Shown here in pieces: positions 61,632-64,000 of a DNA stretch of 64,000 nt (position 1 is the stretch's first letter; each line of letters opens with the position of its first letter). Below the pieces are notes generated by a model. It was not told the origin of the DNA and did no database searches. It worked only from the letters and a program-made list of their open reading frames with translations. The DNA comes from Setoptus koraiensis (lineage: Eukaryota > Animalia > Arthropoda): assembly GCA_048013815.1 (NCBI GenBank), contig CM106586.1, positions 2,232,001 to 2,296,000 on the forward strand. The letters are read 5' to 3'. Position numbers and translations under genes: made by a program.

Positions 61632-62131
61632 NNNNNNNNNNNNNNNNNNNNNNNNNNNNNNNNNNNNNNNNNNNNNNNNNNNNNNNNNNNNNNNNNNNNN
61701 NNNNNNNNNNNNNNNNNNNNNNNNNNNNNNNNNNNNNNNNNNNNNNNNNNNNNNNNNNNNNNNNNNNNNNNNNNNNNNNNNNNNNNNNNNNNNNNNNNNN
61801 NNNNNNNNNNNNNNNNNNNNNNNNNNNNNNNNNNNNNNNNNNNNNNNNNNNNNNNNNNNNNNNNNNNNNNNNNNNNNNNNNNNNNNNNNNNNNNNNNNNN
61901 NNNNNNNNNNNNNNNNNNNNNNNNNNNNNNNNNNNNNNNNNNNNNNNNNNNNNNNNNNNNNNNNNNNNNNNNNNNNNNNNNNNNNNNNNNNNNNNNNNNN
62001 NNNNNNNNNNNNNNNNNNNNNNNNNNNNNNNNNNNNNNNNNNNNNNNNNNNNNNNNNNNNNNNNNNNNNNNNNNNNNNNNNNNNNNNNNNNNNNNNNNNN
62101 NNNNNNNNNNNNNNNNNNNNNNNNNNNNNNN
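61632..62131. other. Assembly gap of exactly 500 N
   Basis: N run counted from the line coordinates. The round size suggests a fixed scaffolding placeholder, so true distance and contiguity are unknown. Confidence 0.95.
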
Positions 62132-64000
62132 AAGTCTCATCAAAACCATGACTTTTTCACCATGCACGTTTGTTTGGCCCATGCACCCACTGCAACACGC
62201 ACTGGCACTGGCACTGGCACACAACAGCCAACAATAGGCAATACCGGTGCTAGATGGCATCTAATCTGGGCTGGCACTAGCTGAAAAATGATCCCATCAG
62301 GCGCCCCCTTTTCTCATGCCTTCTCTCGCTCCTCACATAGTAGAAATAATAAATGAATGAATGAATTTGCCATCTCGCTGGCTCTCAAATGAGCGAATGA
62401 GTTACCAGAGTCACCCTACAGAGAGCAATTGACTTGTGGGACCCAGACTGAAACTCGTGGCGCAAGTGGTGCCATGCTAACTTGCGAAAACGCCAACTTG
62501 AAGCCTTCTTTTCTTTTTCTAGTTTCATATTTTCATATTATCGAATTATTTTATATTTGATGCGCTAAAAGAAGAGAACGATAAAAGATGCTGGGCGAGA
62601 ACAGAAATGGATATATGCTGAAATGGCCTTTCAGATATTGAAACCGGCTCGCAAAAACTATGAGAAAACTCGATAGCAGTTGAGCAAAGTTAAGCTGAGC
62701 AAACAATAACAAGCTGCCAGCTTGGATGACTTAATATATCATATTAATTTCAAATGTCATCTTTCTCGAGGTGAAAGAATCGATAGGAGGCCGAGCTGCC
62801 TACTCACAGTTCACGCAACCAAAACACTTGGCTTTCTCGACGACATCCCTTTTAACCTTTGGCGAGCCTCTTATATTTCGCTCATTTAGTTTTATCTATA
62901 TTATCTATCTTACTCGATCATTCTAAAACTTCTATCGTCAGACTCTAGTTGAACCAATATAAACTTTACATAACTTTACATAATACAATCATCTGCAAAT
63001 TTGATTGATCACCGACAAGTATCTTTCGTGCTCATATAAACAACTATTTTTCTGAATAAAACATTCACCTATCATCGTTGTCGATCACATGAGCTCGCAG
63101 ATCATTCTATCTCATCTCATCTTGCTCAATGCCACCAAATGTAGACGATCGTTTATCGCGTCTGCACACTGTCTGTTCATTTTTGCATTCTTAGAAAAGA
63201 AAACTTTGATGCAAGATGGAATAAAATGTTTATGTACTACGTCATTGGATAATTTATTCACCTTTAAAAACTTTTCTCCACTAGTTTACATAAGAATAAA
63301 AGTAAACATTCAACAACAAACGACACAATAATTGGTGATGATGATATCCATTTAACTATTCGAGAAAAGGGCAAGACATTTTTAGGGACCAAAATTGAAC
63401 GTCGATTGTACGGTATTGGGTAAACGACAGCACGTTGTGTTCAAGTTAAAAGTTGCAAGAGAAAGATTTTGTGTAGAGTGGCCAACTACAATAGAGCCTC
63501 TATAATGGGGGCACGTCACCAGTGAGATTTCTTCTCGTGAGAAATCTTACGAAACATAATTGGCTTCGGGTCTTTAGTAATTGCGCAACTATCGGTTCTC
63601 ATGACATCGCATGCTCGCAAACGTGCTGTTAGATCCTTTTTTCTATATCTATTGCTATTGAGTTTGATTCAAGCTGATGTTATATTTGGTTGACCTATAC
63701 AAATACCTAGGGCAATTTGTAGAATGGTTTGCCACTATGCGAGCGTGGCTGACTTTTTTTAAGAAACGGACAATGACCATTGTGAGGGACACAGGAAACT
63801 TTTCCTTTGTGATTGGGTGGCCTACAAAATGATCTTGTGCAATGGTGGTTCCCATTGCAAGACCAACGGGAATCAAGTTGGATTATTTTGTCAGTGGGGA
63901 CGAGCAATCGTATTTGCAATTATTCTATCTGCTTTTCTATCACCGGTATTTGGTGTCTGGTGTAATTGACACGCAGTGAACAACAATAAGGCATCAGGAC

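Noticed and set aside
61565-62284. Four long ORFs spanning the N run
   Set aside because: Artefacts of translating Ns.
1-64000. tRNA, rRNA, spliceosomal snRNA, well-known miRNAs, transposase or reverse-transcriptase ORFs
   Set aside because: No matching signatures recognised by eye; tRNAscan-SE, Infernal and RepeatModeler would be needed to exclude them formally.

Overview
Eukaryotic, AT-rich arthropod genomic DNA. A chelicerate, probably an acariform mite, is my inference from gene content, an intron-poor housekeeping gene and AAC-type low-complexity proteins; the taxon is not verified. Five genes are well supported after manual splice reconstruction. (1) PRPF6/Prp6 on the minus strand is intronless over the 1789 nt visible, runs off the left edge and is missing from the ORF track. 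(2) TFIIS (+, 2 exons) lies head-to-head with PRPF6. (3) A 2-exon, signal-peptide-bearing LRR protein (-). (4) A 6-exon sona-like M12B/ADAMTS-like metalloprotease (-, 8203-21268, ~1640 aa) in which only ~325 aa form the conserved mature core; its ~970-aa low-complexity pre-pro region carries four R-x-K-R sites. (5) The 3' five exons of a tachykinin/natalisin-type GPCR (-, 53438-56781), with NPxxY changed to NPIIIY and a ~320-aa tail. About 21.4-48 kb is microsatellite-saturated DNA in which I recognised no gene. The 49-56 kb interval holds several unresolved small-ORF or small-exon candidates, the best being an 84-aa, 33% K/R ORF with a 19-aa W-x6-IKR repeat. There is an exactly 500-N scaffold gap at 61632-62131. 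I recognised no rRNA, tRNA, snRNA, CRISPR array or transposase. I cannot support a clearly novel multi-gene system. The best leads are the inflated multi-furin sona propeptide, the NPxxY-altered receptor and the orphan cationic ORF.
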